From the NCBI RefSeq assembly GCF_001447785.1, contig NW_015177023.1:884531-948530 (forward strand): a DNA stretch of 64,000 nucleotides, read 5' to 3'. The stretch comes from Gekko japonicus. Taxonomy: Eukaryota. This document shows, piece after piece, positions 61,692 to 64,000 of the stretch (the first letter of the stretch is position 1; each line of letters begins with the position of its first letter). The translations under genes were made by a program, and so were the position numbers. The notes beneath the pieces are model-generated. The model was given only the letters and a program-made list of their open reading frames with translations, did no database searches and was not told the DNA's origin.

Positions 61692-63557
61692 ACAAGTAGC
61701 ACAGGAAAGAAGGAAAGCGAAAGGCAAAGGCGAAAAGGAAAGATTTACCCAACTGAATGCAGATTTCCAGAGAACAGCAAGGAGAGATAAGGAGGCCTTC
61801 CTGAATGATAAAGGACAAAAACGGTAGGGACCTAACAGAAGCAGAAGAGATTAGGATAAGATGGCAAGAATACACAGAAGAACTATACAAGAAAGACCTC
61901 GATGTCCTTGACAACCACGACGGTATAATCACTGACCTCGAGCCAGACATCCTGGAATGTGAAGTTGAATGGGCCTTAGAAAGCATTACTAACAACAAAG
62001 CTAGTGGAGGTGATGGTATTCCAGCTGAGCTATTCAAAGTCTTAAAAGATGATGCTGTTAAAGTGCTGCACTCAATTTGCCAGCAAATTTGGGAAACGCA
62101 ACAGTGGCCACAGGATTGGAAAAGGTCAGTATATGTTCCAATCCCAAAGAAGGGCAATGCCAAGGAATGTTCAAACTATCGCACAATTGCACTCATATCA
62201 CACGCTAGCAAGGTCATGCTCAAGATCCTACAATCTAGGCTTCAACAGTACGTGGATAGAAAACTGCCAGAAGTACAAGCTGGGTTTCGAAGAGGTAGAG
62301 GAACTAGAGATCAAATTGCCAACATTTGCTGGATTATGGAGAAAGCAAGAGAGTACCAGAAAAACATCTACTTCTGCTTCATTGACTATGCTAAAGCCTT
62401 TGACTGTGTGGATCACAACAAACTATGGCAGGTCCTTAAAGAGATGGGAGTACCAGACCACCTCACATGTCTCTTGAGAAACCTGTATAAGGGCCAAGAA
62501 GCGACAGTTAGAACCGGATACGGAACAACTGATTGGTTCAGCATAGGAAAAGGAGTACGACAAGGATGTATATTGTCACCTTGCTTATTTAATATATATG
62601 CAGAGTACATCATGCGAAATGCTGGCCTGGATGAATCACAAGCGGGAATTAAGATTGCTGGGGAAAAGATCAACAACCTCAGATATGCAGACGATACCAC
62701 TCTAATGGCAGAAAGTGAAGAGGACCTAAAGAGCCTCTTGCTCAGGGTAAAAGAGGAGAGCGCAAAAGTGGGCTTGAAGCTCAACATCAAAAAAACTAAG
62801 ATCATGGCATCCGGCCCCATCACTCCTTGGCAAATAGAAGGGGAAGCTGTGGAAGTAGTGACAGACTTCACGTTCCTGGGATCCCAGATCACCGCAGACT
62901 GTGACTGCAGCCATGAAATTAAAAGACGCCTGCTCCTTGGGAGGAAAGCGATGGCGAACCTAAACAGCATGATAAAAAGTAGAGACATCACCCTACCAAC
63001 AAAAGTCCGCATGGTCAAAGCAATGGTATTCCCAGTAGTCATGTATGGCTGTGAGAGTTGGACTTTAAGGAAGGCCGAGTGCCAAAGAATAGATTCTTTT
63101 GAACTATGGTGCTGGAGAAGACTCTTGAGAGTCCCTTGGACTGCAAGAAGATCAAATCAGTCAATCCTAAAAGAAATCAACCCTGACTGTTCCCTGGAAG
63201 GCCAGATAATGAAACTGAAGCTCAAATACTTTGGCCACCAAATGAGAAGGGAGCACTCACTGGAGAAGACCCTGATGCTGAGAAAGATTGAAGGTCAAAG
63301 AAGATGGGGACGGCAAAGGATGAGATTACATTACATTACACTTGCGATTTATATACAGCCCTATCCATGAGGCTCAGAGAGATTTACAGACAGGTTTACA
63401 AACACACAATTTTTTTTAAGATGGTTAGACAGTGTCATAGATGCAACAAACATGAAATTGAGCAAACTTCAGAGGACGGCGGAAGACAGGAGGGCCTGGT
63501 GTGATCTGGTCCATGGGGTCACGAAGAGTCGGACTCGGCTGTGCGACTGAACAACAA
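61692..63557 (+). mobile_element. BovB (RTE clade) LINE, 5'-truncated
   Basis: Typical BovB protein motifs (NYRTIALISHASK, QAGFRRGRGTRDQIANI, FIDYAKAFD, GVRQGCILSP, LRYADDT) and 3' end with a (CAA) tail. Internal deletion at about 61805 and a 92-bp insertion at 63327-63418. Confidence 0.95.
61805..63370 (+). CDS. BovB reverse transcriptase frame (partial, no endonuclease; C-terminus read into an insertion)
   Basis: 521-aa uninterrupted frame with a complete RT domain including YADD. Confidence 0.85.
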   Translation: MIKDKNGRDLTEAEEIRIRWQEYTEELYKKDLDVLDNHDGIITDLEPDILECEVEWALESITNNKASGGDGIPAELFKVLKDDAVKVLHSICQQIWETQQWPQDWKRSVYVPIPKKGNAKECSNYRTIALISHASKVMLKILQSRLQQYVDRKLPEVQAGFRRGRGTRDQIANICWIMEKAREYQKNIYFCFIDYAKAFDCVDHNKLWQVLKEMGVPDHLTCLLRNLYKGQEATVRTGYGTTDWFSIGKGVRQGCILSPCLFNIYAEYIMRNAGLDESQAGIKIAGEKINNLRYADDTTLMAESEEDLKSLLLRVKEESAKVGLKLNIKKTKIMASGPITPWQIEGEAVEVVTDFTFLGSQITADCDCSHEIKRRLLLGRKAMANLNSMIKSRDITLPTKVRMVKAMVFPVVMYGCESWTLRKAECQRIDSFELWCWRRLLRVPWTARRSNQSILKEINPDCSLEGQIMKLKLKYFGHQMRREHSLEKTLMLRKIEGQRRWGRQRMRLHYITLAIYIQPYP

Positions 63558-64000
63558 ATATTCTTCATTTGATCTGCATAGCTAAACAAGTGAAGGCACA
63601 AGTTGATTTTTTTTAAAGTTGGATTATTATAGGTATTTGTAGTTTTATTCCTCCCACCCACTAAGTTTACAGCTGAACAAAAAATTTTACACAAATACCA
63701 GGGATACTCACCTGAAAAATATTTACAACTTTGAAACTGCTTAATATTGTATTAACAACGGCATCCAATGAAAACCTTCCATGGCAAAATTTTCCACACC
63801 ATATCTCTGTGTTGCAGGCAATGAATAAGATAGAAAGAAGCTGGTAGGTTTGCTGGAACAAGCAATGATAGCATTACCAAGTGGCTAGAAACTCTGAGCA
63901 GACCTTGACAAATTTTCTTTAGATGCAGAAGCCAGCCCAAAAAATTAGGTGCCAGACTCATTTTCAGTCTTCAAAGCTGCATATATTTAATTACCATATT

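Noticed and set aside
62413-63042. 209-aa antisense ORF (and 61621-62163)
   Set aside because: Shadow frames opposite the BovB RT with no independent signal.

Overview
Vertebrate genomic DNA from a squamate reptile, most likely a gecko. This is inferred from Sauria/Squam1 SINEs, Squam3-type SINEs, BovB, CR1, L2 and Penelope-like elements; the draft assembly has five N-gaps. The only host coding sequence I recognise is the first coding exon of CHST9 (GalNAc-4-O-sulfotransferase 2) on the minus strand (exon 42656-42868, CDS 42656-42755), so essentially the whole window is CHST9 intron. Everything else is a dense, nested set of transposable elements. These include a decayed Gmr1-like Gypsy element with a SCAN-type capsid and protease directly followed by integrase, sitting inside a 7-kb hAT-bounded insertion that splits an L2 in frame. 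There are also solo LTRs, a 5'-truncated BovB with a long open RT frame, CR1/L1/L2 fragments and hAT and Harbinger MITEs with clear TSDs. Penelope-like pieces carry minimal hammerhead ribozyme motifs. Most interesting: the hammerhead motifs, including a head-to-head pair; an in-frame ATG-TAG start-stop uORF where human CHST9 has its first Met; an ETS/KLF/octamer motif cassette on a hAT MITE family; and a 1.1-kb tandem duplication whose junction is patched by an internal BovB fragment. No prokaryotic systems or CRISPR arrays are present. Family names are assigned from memory of consensus features, not from database searches.
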